Assembly: GCA_027460535.1 (NCBI GenBank)
Contig: JAPZAR010000006.1
Location: forward strand, 60,001-92,000
Origin: Candidatus Methanoperedens sp.
GTDB taxonomy: Archaea; Halobacteriota; Methanosarcinia; Methanosarcinales; Methanoperedenaceae
Reading direction: 5' to 3'
Length of the DNA stretch: 32,000 bases
Shown: positions 16,271 through 24,850 of the stretch, piece after piece
Position numbering within the stretch: the first letter of the stretch is position 1
Layout of the letters: each line of letters starts with the position of its first letter
Program-made: the position numbers and the translations under genes
Notes under the pieces: generated by a model
What the model was told of the DNA's origin: nothing
Database searches by the model: none
What the model saw: the letters and a program-made list of their open reading frames with translations, nothing else

Positions 16271-17733
16271 TGGCTTACAAAGATTTACGTGAATTTATAG
16301 AAGTTCTTGAAAAAAAAGGTCTGTTGAAACGGATCACGACCGAGGTCAGCGCAGAGCTTGAAATAACTGAAATTCTTGACAGAACAGTAAAAAACAACGG
16401 TCCGGCACTGTTATTTGAGAATGTAATGGGCTATAAGGTCCCGGTGTTGGCCAATGCCTTCGGGACTATGGCACACATGTGTCTTGCTCTTGGTGTAAAT
16501 AACCTGGACGAAATCGGGGAGAGAATCCATAACCTCCTGCAATTTGAAGCACCCTCCAGCCTGTGGGAAGGGATTAAAATGATCCCGAAGGTTGCAGAGA
16601 TCACCTCATTCCCTCCGAAACATGTGAAAAGCGGACCCTGCAAGGAAGTCACACTCAAGGAAGGCTTTTCTCTCGATGATTTTCCGATATTGAAATGCTG
16701 GCCAGAGGACGGTGGCCGCTTCATCACTCTCCCTCTTGTATTCACAAAAAATCCAAAAACCGGGAAGCAGAACGTGGGGATGTACAGGATGCAGGTCTAC
16801 GACGGCAAAACGACGGGCATGCACTGGCACATCCACAAACACGGCGCACGCGATCATACGGATGCAGGGAAGGAGGGAAAAATGGATGTCGCTGTTGCCA
16901 TAGGTGCCGACCCGGCCGTCGTCTACTCAGCCACTGCGCCGCTCCCGGACAATATCGATGAGATGATGTTAGCTGGATTCCTCAGGAAAAAGAATGTGGA
17001 GCTTGTTAAATGCGAAACTGTCGACCTCTATGTACCCGCTCATGCCGAAATCGTACTCGAAGGATACGTAGATGCAAAAGAGCGGCACATCGAAGGGCCT
17101 TTCGGGGACCATACCGGATATTATTCGCTTGCCGACGAGTTCCCGGTGTTCCATATAACCTGCATCACCCACCGCAAGAACCCGATATACCACGCCACTG
17201 TTGTTGGGATACCCCCGATGGAAGACGCATACTTCGGCAAAGCCACGGAAAGAATATTCCTTCCACTCATTAGAGCGCAGCTTCCCGAGATCGTGGACAT
17301 TAACCTTCCGGTAGAGGCAGTATTTCACAACCTCTGCATAGTCTCAATAAAAAAGCGCTACCCCGGCCATGCTAAAAAGGTCATGTTCGCCCTCTGGGGT
17401 ATGGGGCAGATGATGTTCGCAAAGACGATAATCGTGCTGGATAATGACGTGAACGTGCAGGACATGAAGGAGGTACTGTGGGCAGCAACCACACGCATGG
17501 ATCCGGCAAAGGATGTTGTAATAATCGACAAAGCACCCACCGATACACTTGACCATGCCTCGCCTCTTCCCAATCTTGGCTCAAAAATGGGTATCGACGC
17601 CACGCGAAAGGGGCCGGATGAAGGGTTCAACAGGGAATGGCCTGATGCTTTGAAAATGGATGAGGGCGTAAAAGCACGTGTCGATTCAATATGGGAAGAA
17701 CTTGGAATTAGATTTATCACTAAAACAACATAG
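16270..17733 (+). CDS. ubiD: UbiD-family (prFMN-dependent) aromatic acid decarboxylase
   Basis: 487 aa. YKDLREFIEVLEKKGLLKRI, GMYRMQVYDGKTTGMHWHIHKHGA and GPFGDHTGYY form a classic UbiD-family signature. Confidence 0.9.
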   Translation: MAYKDLREFIEVLEKKGLLKRITTEVSAELEITEILDRTVKNNGPALLFENVMGYKVPVLANAFGTMAHMCLALGVNNLDEIGERIHNLLQFEAPSSLWEGIKMIPKVAEITSFPPKHVKSGPCKEVTLKEGFSLDDFPILKCWPEDGGRFITLPLVFTKNPKTGKQNVGMYRMQVYDGKTTGMHWHIHKHGARDHTDAGKEGKMDVAVAIGADPAVVYSATAPLPDNIDEMMLAGFLRKKNVELVKCETVDLYVPAHAEIVLEGYVDAKERHIEGPFGDHTGYYSLADEFPVFHITCITHRKNPIYHATVVGIPPMEDAYFGKATERIFLPLIRAQLPEIVDINLPVEAVFHNLCIVSIKKRYPGHAKKVMFALWGMGQMMFAKTIIVLDNDVNVQDMKEVLWAATTRMDPAKDVVIIDKAPTDTLDHASPLPNLGSKMGIDATRKGPDEGFNREWPDALKMDEGVKARVDSIWEELGIRFITKTT

Positions 17734-17772
17734 TTCAATATTCTTATATCTTTGAAGCGTAAAGGTAATTAG

Positions 17773-19119
17773 ATGCTCGACATAATTATTTCACTGTTTA
17801 CCATATTTCTGTATACTGCGCTTGGGACTTATGTTCTCACAAAAAATCCGCACGACCGTACAAATAAGATATTCGCTATTCTCATGCTTGTTTTTATCAT
17901 ATGGTCAGTGGGGACTTACAATGTCGGGATCGCGGCAAATAACATACCTTTGAATGAGGCGATTCTATACATAAAAATCCAATTAAGTAGCGCGATCATT
18001 GCACTGGCCGTGCTGGTTTTCTTTGCTCTTTCCTTTACAAAATCTGAAGGAATTTTTAAAAATCCTCTTACTTACCTCACGATCTTACCATCGGTATACC
18101 TGCTGTACCTGATATGGTTTTCTGATGTGCGAGGACTTCCAGTTAACATTTTTTCCGCAATCCCGGGGGCAAAAGAGGAGTTCTTCCTTTTTTCTACAAT
18201 ATTTGCCGTGGCCGGCATTTTTCTGCTATTGAAATATTACAACGCAAGTAAATACAAAGAGCATGAACAGGCAAAACTTATTTTGATAGGTGTTATAGCA
18301 GCCATCCTTACTGCAATCATAGCAAACATAGTACTTCCCATGTTCTTCGGCATATATGACCTGCAGCTATCAACTATCGGACCGGCGGTGATGGGTATCT
18401 TTTTTGCGTATACTGTTTATCAGTACGGTCTTTTCATAAGACCAATGCCAGAGCTTTCACCTACATCTTTTTGCGGCGCATCGTGCACATTATGCGACGA
18501 ATATCTTAACGATAATTGCAGGGGATGCAGATTCGATAAGGATAGATACACCAACTGCGAGATCTACGGCTGTTTGAGGGAAAAAGGGTATTCAGATTGT
18601 GGCGATTGCCCGGAAATAATTACCTGCATAAAAAGAAATAAAAAACATAAAATATGTTATGAATCAAAGCCAAAGTATAACCTGAAAAAAGGTTTCACAT
18701 ACTTTACGAAAGGGAATGCCCTGGGCTATGACATCTTTAGGGATGCGCTCAGTTGCAGTGCTTTCGGTCTTATCGCCTCCACTGTTCCACCGCAACAAAT
18801 AAAGGAGACATACGGTCTCACAACGACCCCGATAGTTTGGATATCGGATGAGGTCATTGAAATGGGTGTAAGACCAAATAACCTGGGGCGTCTGGGAATA
18901 ATACTGGTCAATTTCATGAAAAAAATCGATAATGGGGTAATTCTCCTGGACGGCGTTGATACCCTGCTCGCCATGAACGATCTTAACAATGTGCTCGGAT
19001 TTGTCCAGATATTGAACAATACAGCACGAATAACAGGCAGCCGGGTGATCATATCGACGTCCCTGGAGGGTGAAGACCTGAACAGAGTGAAAGAGGGTAT
19101 GGAGTACATAAAGGCTTGA
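17773..19119 (+). CDS. Membrane protein: N-terminal 7TM region + Cys-rich DUF3795-like module + C-terminal DUF835-like domain
   Basis: About 7 hydrophobic helices occupy aa 1-220. The Cys-rich block reads CGASCTLCDEYLNDNCRGCRF...CEIYGC...CGDCPEIITC (DUF3795-type spacing). The tail TPIVWISDEV...GVILLDGVDTLL resembles DUF835. Confidence 0.55.
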   Translation: MLDIIISLFTIFLYTALGTYVLTKNPHDRTNKIFAILMLVFIIWSVGTYNVGIAANNIPLNEAILYIKIQLSSAIIALAVLVFFALSFTKSEGIFKNPLTYLTILPSVYLLYLIWFSDVRGLPVNIFSAIPGAKEEFFLFSTIFAVAGIFLLLKYYNASKYKEHEQAKLILIGVIAAILTAIIANIVLPMFFGIYDLQLSTIGPAVMGIFFAYTVYQYGLFIRPMPELSPTSFCGASCTLCDEYLNDNCRGCRFDKDRYTNCEIYGCLREKGYSDCGDCPEIITCIKRNKKHKICYESKPKYNLKKGFTYFTKGNALGYDIFRDALSCSAFGLIASTVPPQQIKETYGLTTTPIVWISDEVIEMGVRPNNLGRLGIILVNFMKKIDNGVILLDGVDTLLAMNDLNNVLGFVQILNNTARITGSRVIISTSLEGEDLNRVKEGMEYIKA

Positions 19120-19132
19120 AAATGTTTAGAAT

Positions 19133-19690
19133 ATGAGGACGACGGATACGGAGCCACCGGTGAAGCTGAAGGGAGATGTGCCTCAGCAAATCCTTACGAA
19201 AGATATCCCTGTGACCAGTTTGATAATTAAATATATATTAATAAATATAAATATTCAAAATATATTGTTTTTACTTGCTTTCATAGCATATGGTATCGGG
19301 GACGGTATAACAGCAGTTTACATGATGGATAAAGCAGGGCCAATGATTGAGACAAACCCTTTTGTGCGTTTCATGTACGTTACCTCTGGTGCTGAGGGCG
19401 TTATGAGTTTAAAAATAGGGTTCACCATATTGATATTATTCTTTGTCTGGATTATCTCAAGACGGAAAAACATTTACTGGACAATCAATGGTTTCCTCTC
19501 TGCACTGTGCATAGGTGGGATAATGGCGATGAGGGCGAACCTGATGGCTGCGAATGGAACTACGCCCCCTTCTCCAGATTCAATCGTATTAACCTTCTTG
19601 CTCCTGACAGTATTGTTCGTCATGATCGGCGACCAGATGGACAAACTCAGTATTCCGAGAAAGCGACAAAATTCAACAACAACGTCTTAA
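19133..19690 (+). CDS. Membrane protein, DUF5658-like; start uncertain
   Basis: GIGDGITAVYMMDKAGPMIETNPFVRFMY resembles the DUF5658 pattern (D..T......E.NP), and there are 4 TM segments. The first ~44 codons cross a very AT-rich, promoter-like stretch, so an in-frame TTG at 19265 may be the true start. Confidence 0.45.
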   Translation: MRTTDTEPPVKLKGDVPQQILTKDIPVTSLIIKYILININIQNILFLLAFIAYGIGDGITAVYMMDKAGPMIETNPFVRFMYVTSGAEGVMSLKIGFTILILFFVWIISRRKNIYWTINGFLSALCIGGIMAMRANLMAANGTTPPSPDSIVLTFLLLTVLFVMIGDQMDKLSIPRKRQNSTTTS

Positions 19691-19730
19691 TAGTCGTTCT
19701 TATCCGTTTTTGATCGTGGGTAGGATTTAT

Positions 19731-20495
19731 TCAATCTTTGCTCAGTTCCTCGCCGCCATGATATATTTGCTGGGCGGCGGCATATATATCTTCCATACCT
19801 GAACCATAAGTCGATGAGACCGGGATTACGGTCTGGCCCGCGCCAAATGTTCTGAGGGCGGAAAGGAACTCAATGCTCAATTGGCTGCGCATCGTGGGTT
19901 GTTCGTTGTGGATAGCTTCATCAAGTTCCATTGAATCGCTGCTCCAGCTCAATATTCTCTGGCGCTCATCCTCTTTCAGAAGATCTGATTTGGTGAGAAT
20001 ACTTACAAAAGGAATGTTAAATCTGACCTGGACAGAGGCTCCTTGAAGCATCAATGAGATAAAACCGGATGGATTTCTTGAAATGACGGGATCATAGAGA
20101 AAACCGATGATAGACTGCTGGGCCCCAAAAGATTCAATCAAGTATTTTCCAGATTGCCGCAGGACAAATAATTCCATCTGGCCCGGGGTATCAAAAATAG
20201 CGTATTCTGCTTCAAAACTTTCAATTATTTCTTTCATTTCATTGATATTCATTGCAAGCATATCAGCAGCTATGATCTGTGCCCCGTTAGGTCCGACGCC
20301 ATGCTCTTTCATGATATCACGCAACTTTACCCACTCCCTGATATCCACATCAGGAACGTAAGGCGCGTTTTCAATACCAGGGTCAAGGTTAATTGTTACC
20401 GCATCATACCCCTTGCTCTCCATCCAGCCAGCATAGGCACCTGTGAGGGATGACTTGCCGCTTCCTGCCGAACCGATAAAATAAAGGTTAATCAT
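19731..20495 (-). CDS. GPN-loop GTPase
   Basis: Walker A reads IGSAGSGKSSL, the GPN motif reads GVGPNGAQI, and FDTPGQMELF is present. At 254 aa this is a typical archaeal GPN-loop GTPase. Confidence 0.85.
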   Translation of the reverse strand: MINLYFIGSAGSGKSSLTGAYAGWMESKGYDAVTINLDPGIENAPYVPDVDIREWVKLRDIMKEHGVGPNGAQIIAADMLAMNINEMKEIIESFEAEYAIFDTPGQMELFVLRQSGKYLIESFGAQQSIIGFLYDPVISRNPSGFISLMLQGASVQVRFNIPFVSILTKSDLLKEDERQRILSWSSDSMELDEAIHNEQPTMRSQLSIEFLSALRTFGAGQTVIPVSSTYGSGMEDIYAAAQQIYHGGEELSKD

Positions 20496-20536
20496 TTGTA
20501 TCAGGGGGATAATATCGGTGATAAGAGAAAAGATTT

Positions 20537-21415
20537 GTGATGCTCGCTAAACTGAAGTTATATGCGGATTTTGTAGTCATCAAGCATACCCTCTTCGCGA
20601 TTCCTTTTGCTTACCTTGGCGCATTCCTTGCAAGCAGGGGAATTCCGGAGCTTCGAATCCTTTTCTGGGTAGGGCTTGCGTTTCTCGGAGCACGCAGCGC
20701 GGCAATGGCACTGAACAATCTTATCGATAAGGATATCGATGCAAAAAATCCCAGGACCGCCAGCCGGGAGTTGCCTTCAGGAAAGATAAAATTATACGAA
20801 GTATGGGGAATCATTCTGGTTTCTTATGGGCTGCTATTCTATTCTGCTTACAGATTGAACCCTCTATGCCTTCTATTGGCACCCATTATCCCTGTTACTT
20901 CGATCATATATCCATATCTGAAGCGGTTCAGTCCAGTGACGCATTTTGTATTGGGGCTCAACCTTGCATATGCACCCGTAGGGGGCTGGCTTGCAGTCAC
21001 GGGCGAGTTTGCAATTCCTTTCGGCGCTGCGGAGCTTGGAATGCTGCTGCTGCTGTTCGCGGTCACTTTCTGGGTGGCCGGGTTTGATATGATCTATTCG
21101 CTGCAGGACATTGATTTTGATGAAAAGAACAGGCTTTATTCCATACCTTCTGTTTTCGGGGTGAAAGCGGCGCTTGGGTTGTCGTTCGCGGCGCATGTTC
21201 TGATGGTGGCGTTGCTTGTCGGGCTTATGTATGTGCTGAAACTCGGGGTGGTTTTTAAGGCAGGGCTTGTGATCATCGCTGCGCTGATATGGTATGAGCA
21301 TACGCTGGTAAAGGTTGATAATTTTAACAATGTCCCTGTGGCGTTCTTTAATGTGAATGCGGCGGTGAGTCTGTGCTTGCTGTCTTTTACGGCGGCGGAT
21401 GTGCTTGTGAAATAG
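20537..21415 (+). CDS. ubiA: UbiA-superfamily aromatic prenyltransferase
   Basis: About 8-9 TM helices. The first Asp-rich motif is ALNNLIDKDIDAKNPRT and the second is DMIYSLQDIDFDEKN. Confidence 0.85.
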   Translation: MMLAKLKLYADFVVIKHTLFAIPFAYLGAFLASRGIPELRILFWVGLAFLGARSAAMALNNLIDKDIDAKNPRTASRELPSGKIKLYEVWGIILVSYGLLFYSAYRLNPLCLLLAPIIPVTSIIYPYLKRFSPVTHFVLGLNLAYAPVGGWLAVTGEFAIPFGAAELGMLLLLFAVTFWVAGFDMIYSLQDIDFDEKNRLYSIPSVFGVKAALGLSFAAHVLMVALLVGLMYVLKLGVVFKAGLVIIAALIWYEHTLVKVDNFNNVPVAFFNVNAAVSLCLLSFTAADVLVK

Positions 21416-21417
21416 CG

Positions 21418-22401
21418 CATCTTTTTAATACCAGTAATCAGTATTCAACTTCTTCAGCAATTTCCGTAAATGTCTCTATTCTTGCAGCAAGGGCTGCCAG
21501 ATCTTCGGGATGGATCAGAGGACCTCCAAGGATTTCTCGCAAGCCAGCCTTCTCAAAATTCTTGTTCATGCCAGTATTACTTCTTTTTTCTGTGATTGCG
21601 TCGTTATTGTTCCATTCCTTACTCTGAGACGTTCTTGTCTCTGAACTCGCCTCTTTATATGTAATTATTCCGGAAACCCCAAATTCTATTCGAATTCGAG
21701 CTTCCTTATAAGATTCTTGATCAGTAACACCTGATGCATCAAAATTTGTATCAAACGTGGAAAGGGTCCCCTTCTGTACATATGCACCAATTTCCCAATC
21801 TTTATAAAATCCCTTTGTCGTCTCAGCCATCAGATGTGTTCCACGTATAACAGCTGCCTCACCAAATATGCCTTCGAAGGTCAAATCCTTTATATTTTTC
21901 TTCTTGACCATTTCCTTAACACCTGATAAAGCCCCAAAGAAAGCGGCAAAATCTTTCGGACCAAATGACGAAACATCAAGTTTAGCGCCGCATTCCTTCA
22001 TGGCTCCAAGAGGGTTCTCAAGGGCAAACAAGAAAAATTCATCACTTTTAATTGCCTTTTCAACAAAACGCTTCAATCCAATAGATCGCACAGGGATGGT
22101 TATGCAGATCCTTTTTTGTTTATTCATACTTATCACTCCACTCTCATCGGGATTCTTTCACCCTGCCGCTGGTGATTATTCTTGACATTACCACCACATA
22201 ATGGATTTTCAATCCCGCTCAAATACAAATTGTCATGAGCATGTAAATATCTTTCGGTATTATAATTGTAAAATAGAACTTGTTATTTCACCGTTGTTAC
22301 CCAGAATCCAAAAATCCCTTCTACTTCAATCTCAATAAATTCGACCCGATGAAAATTTGTGGCATCTAAGATCTTAATTTCACCCTGCATCTATTCCACT
22401 C
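21418..22401. repeat. Segmental duplication, copy A (~0.98 kb), paired with 23900-24840
   Basis: By hand alignment, the nucleotide sequence is nearly identical over both ends of the NHLP-like gene and about 265 bp of its upstream region. The gene interior is diverged and carries indels. Confidence 0.85.
21438..22136 (-). CDS. NHLP/Nif11-leader-like domain protein (232 aa), candidate radical-SAM substrate/precursor, copy A
   Basis: The N-terminal LKRFVEKAIKSDEFFLFALENPLGAMKECGAKLD resembles the nitrile-hydratase-leader/Nif11 leader pattern (..KAwkDpeF...L..NP..al.e.G..L). A Gly-Gly lies in ...GLREILGG/PLIHPEDLAALAARIETFTEIAEEVEY. An SD (ggagtga) lies upstream of the ATG. Confidence 0.5.
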   Translation of the reverse strand: MISMNKQKRICITIPVRSIGLKRFVEKAIKSDEFFLFALENPLGAMKECGAKLDVSSFGPKDFAAFFGALSGVKEMVKKKNIKDLTFEGIFGEAAVIRGTHLMAETTKGFYKDWEIGAYVQKGTLSTFDTNFDASGVTDQESYKEARIRIEFGVSGIITYKEASSETRTSQSKEWNNNDAITEKRSNTGMNKNFEKAGLREILGGPLIHPEDLAALAARIETFTEIAEEVEY

Positions 22402-22491
22402 GCCCGGCGCATCCTCTCCACCGCATCCGCCGAGCCATCTTCACCCAGCCTGAGCGCCGGGAGTAATGCGCCGCCCAGAAAGACTTTATAT

Positions 22492-22521
22492 ATCTGCGTT
22501 CATCTGCGTTTATCTGCGGTT
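22492..22521. repeat. Three tandem 10-bp repeats ATCTGCGKTY
   Basis: ATCTGCGTTC, ATCTGCGTTT and ATCTGCGGTT lie head to tail in the gene-free gap between copy A and the radical SAM gene. Confidence 0.85.
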
Positions 22522-22792
22522 CGTATGTCCACAGGAGGTTGCTTCGGTAACATATCGGCGCCGCTCTGTCTGAATTATTATCAAAACTTCCAAATCCTGC
22601 TTCATCTGCGCCAGCCCATGCGCCTCCTCCCCACCGGTATCTTCCTCACCTCAAATTCATTGCGCCTCTCCCTCAACCACCACTTGCGCACACTCTCTTT
22701 TAAAAACGTTGGGGTCTATGCCTTATGTAAAGATATCGTACAACCATAAGATACAACTACGTCAGTAACAAAATGATGTCGATGAATATATT

Positions 22793-22798
22793 AAAAAA
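22793..22798 (-). terminator. Oligo-T (T6 on the minus strand) candidate terminator after the radical SAM gene
   Basis: The minus strand reads CTCTTTTTTAA, 27-32 nt past the rSAM stop codon. Confidence 0.35.
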
Positions 22799-22824
22799 GA
22801 GCGGGAGAGTTGGCAGGGCTGGTA

Positions 22825-23895
22825 CTATGTAAGCGCTGTTTCCGCCTTAAGAGCCTTAATTTCTTCCGAGGTTCGCATATGATCGTAAAGGCATCTTTCC
22901 AAAGAGATTTCTATGGCTTTTTCATGACCAAATTCTGAAAGCACTGCCCTGCAATCTTCTCTCGTAAGGATTTCGCTGCATAAATGGCAATTGTTAACAT
23001 ACTGTTTTCGAAAAGGGATATCGGGGTTCTTCTTGAGAATAAACTTCATGAGCCCATAAGGCCCCTCAAGCGCAAGCCAGTTAACGATGAGGTCTTTATG
23101 CGCCATGATTATCAGTTCTTCTAATTTATATTCATCAAGGGTGCCAAAAACAATCTCCTCAACCTTTCTCGGGACCATTCCACAACAAATAGAAAGTTCT
23201 TTGCGCGGAGTTATTACAATTCGTTTAAGGATGGACGAACACGGAGCTTTCCAGTGATTCTCGCATGGAGGATAGAGTATTTCCTCGTCGGGAATCAGGT
23301 GCATGTTCTCCGCTATAGGTACCGTGTATCCTGTATCGACCAGATTGTTGTCTGGATTTTTCTTCTTTGGATCGAAACGAGAAAGCTTGTATCCCAAAAA
23401 TTTTTCGAGGTGATCCAGCGAAATAGTGCAGTTTTTCATAATTTTATGCCCGATAAGACAGGGAAGCCCAACTTCTATGCAAGCATCATTTGCGTATTTT
23501 ATCCTTTCAAGGGGTATGAACTCCTGATGATAATCGTCGCAGCTGAGGTTTATTTCCTTTAACCCTGCTTCTTTGTATGACTTCATGGTGTCTCTTGCCA
23601 CTTCAGGCGTTCTTGCCCAAAACGCATTTGTAACTATTCTTGTTAAGAGTCCCTTTTTGGCACAATATTTTACACTATCGAGGAGATCATCCCCAAGAAG
23701 AAAAGGCTCGCCTCCCGTAAAGACTACCAGTTCCAGTTTTCCAAAAGAATATACCTCATCCACTATTTCGATCATATCCTTTAGAGAAAGACGTTCTGTA
23801 TGCTCTGGACCGCACTCTGCCCCGCAGTACCTGCAGCTTATCGGGCACTGGTATGTGGTGGAAAAGACAAGGCTGGAAAGCATATCATCTCTCAC
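22825..23895 (-). CDS. Radical SAM enzyme with a Cys-rich C-terminal extension
   Basis: YQCPISCRYCGAEC is the CxxxCxxC radical SAM cluster motif, and VVFTGGEPFL is the SAM-binding GGE motif. The C-terminal half has at least 8 Cys (PPCENHWKAPC, ICCG, NNCHLC, EDC, ERC), enough for auxiliary Fe-S clusters. I do not see the canonical SPASM CX2CX5CX3C. The start is GTG at 23895, with an alternative ATG at 23883. Confidence 0.85.
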   Translation of the reverse strand: MRDDMLSSLVFSTTYQCPISCRYCGAECGPEHTERLSLKDMIEIVDEVYSFGKLELVVFTGGEPFLLGDDLLDSVKYCAKKGLLTRIVTNAFWARTPEVARDTMKSYKEAGLKEINLSCDDYHQEFIPLERIKYANDACIEVGLPCLIGHKIMKNCTISLDHLEKFLGYKLSRFDPKKKNPDNNLVDTGYTVPIAENMHLIPDEEILYPPCENHWKAPCSSILKRIVITPRKELSICCGMVPRKVEEIVFGTLDEYKLEELIIMAHKDLIVNWLALEGPYGLMKFILKKNPDIPFRKQYVNNCHLCSEILTREDCRAVLSEFGHEKAIEISLERCLYDHMRTSEEIKALKAETALT

Positions 23896-23899
23896 TGAA

Positions 23900-24840
23900 C
23901 ATCTTTTTAATGCTAGTTATCATTATTCAACTTCTTCGGCAATTTCCGTAAAAGTCTCTATTCTTGCAGCAAGGGCTGCCAGGTCTTCGGGATAGATCAG
24001 AGGACCTCCAAAAATATCTCCCAAGCCAGCTTTGTCAAAATTCTTGTTCCAGCCATTAGTACTTTCTCTGTTTCTGATAGCATCCTGTTTGTCCCATTGC
24101 TTATCCGAACCCGAACTTGTCTCTTTACTGGGATCTGCAAATGTATTTCCTATAATTTCCTATCGACCTCGAAATATTTATCACTCGTTGAAAGAACCTG
24201 TTTTTGGGAATATGCGCCTATTTCCCAATCTTTATAAAATCCCTTTGTCGTCTCAGCCATCAGATGTGTCCCACGTATAACAGCTGCCTGACCGAATATG
24301 CCTTCGAATGTTAAGTTCTTTATATTTTTCTTCCTGACCATTTCCTTAACACCTGATAAAGCCCCAAAGAAAGCGGCAAAATCTTTCGGATGGAATGATG
24401 ATGCATCAAGTTTAACGCCACATTCCTTCATGGCTCCAAGAGGGTTCTCAAGGGCAAACAAGAAAAATTCATCATTTTTAATTGCCTTTTCAACAAAACG
24501 CTTCAGTCCAATAGATCGCACAGGGATGGTTATACTGATCCTTTTTTGTTTATCCATACTTATCACTCCACTCTCATCGGGATTCTTTCACCTTGCCGTT
24601 GGTGATTATTCTTGAAATTACCACCACATAATGGATTCTAGATCCCGCTCAAATACAAATTGTCATGAGCATGTAAATATCTTTCGGTATTATAATTGTA
24701 AAACAGAACCTATTATTTCACCGATGTTACCCAAAATCCAAAAGTCCCTTCTACTTCAATCTCAATAAATTCGACCGATGAAAATTTGTGGCATCTGAAG
24801 ACCTTAATTTCACCCCGCATCTATTTGTAATTCCACACTC
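23900..24840. repeat. Segmental duplication, copy B (~0.94 kb), paired with 21418-22401
   Basis: See copy A. The left edge lies 5 bp from the rSAM start codon and the right edge about 10 bp before the rnp4 ATG. Confidence 0.85.
23923..24566 (-). pseudogene. NHLP/Nif11-leader-like gene, copy B: frameshifted and internally shortened paralog of 21438-22136
   Basis: The N-terminal part (track ORF 24150-24566) differs from copy A at 9 positions over the first ~118 aa and stops at 24150. The conserved C-terminal part, ...NGWNKNFDKAGLGDIFGGPLIYPEDLAALAARIETFTEIAEEVE*, is readable only in another frame (23923-24159). The net length difference from copy A is 55 nt. Confidence 0.6.
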
Positions 24841-24850
24841 ATTAAACCTC

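Noticed and set aside
24145-24164. Programmed -1 frameshift joining the two halves of NHLP-like gene B
   Set aside because: There is no X_XXY_YYZ slippery heptamer or obvious downstream structure. The site is a 10-bp tandem duplication in a diverged, shortened region, so decay or an assembly error is more parsimonious.
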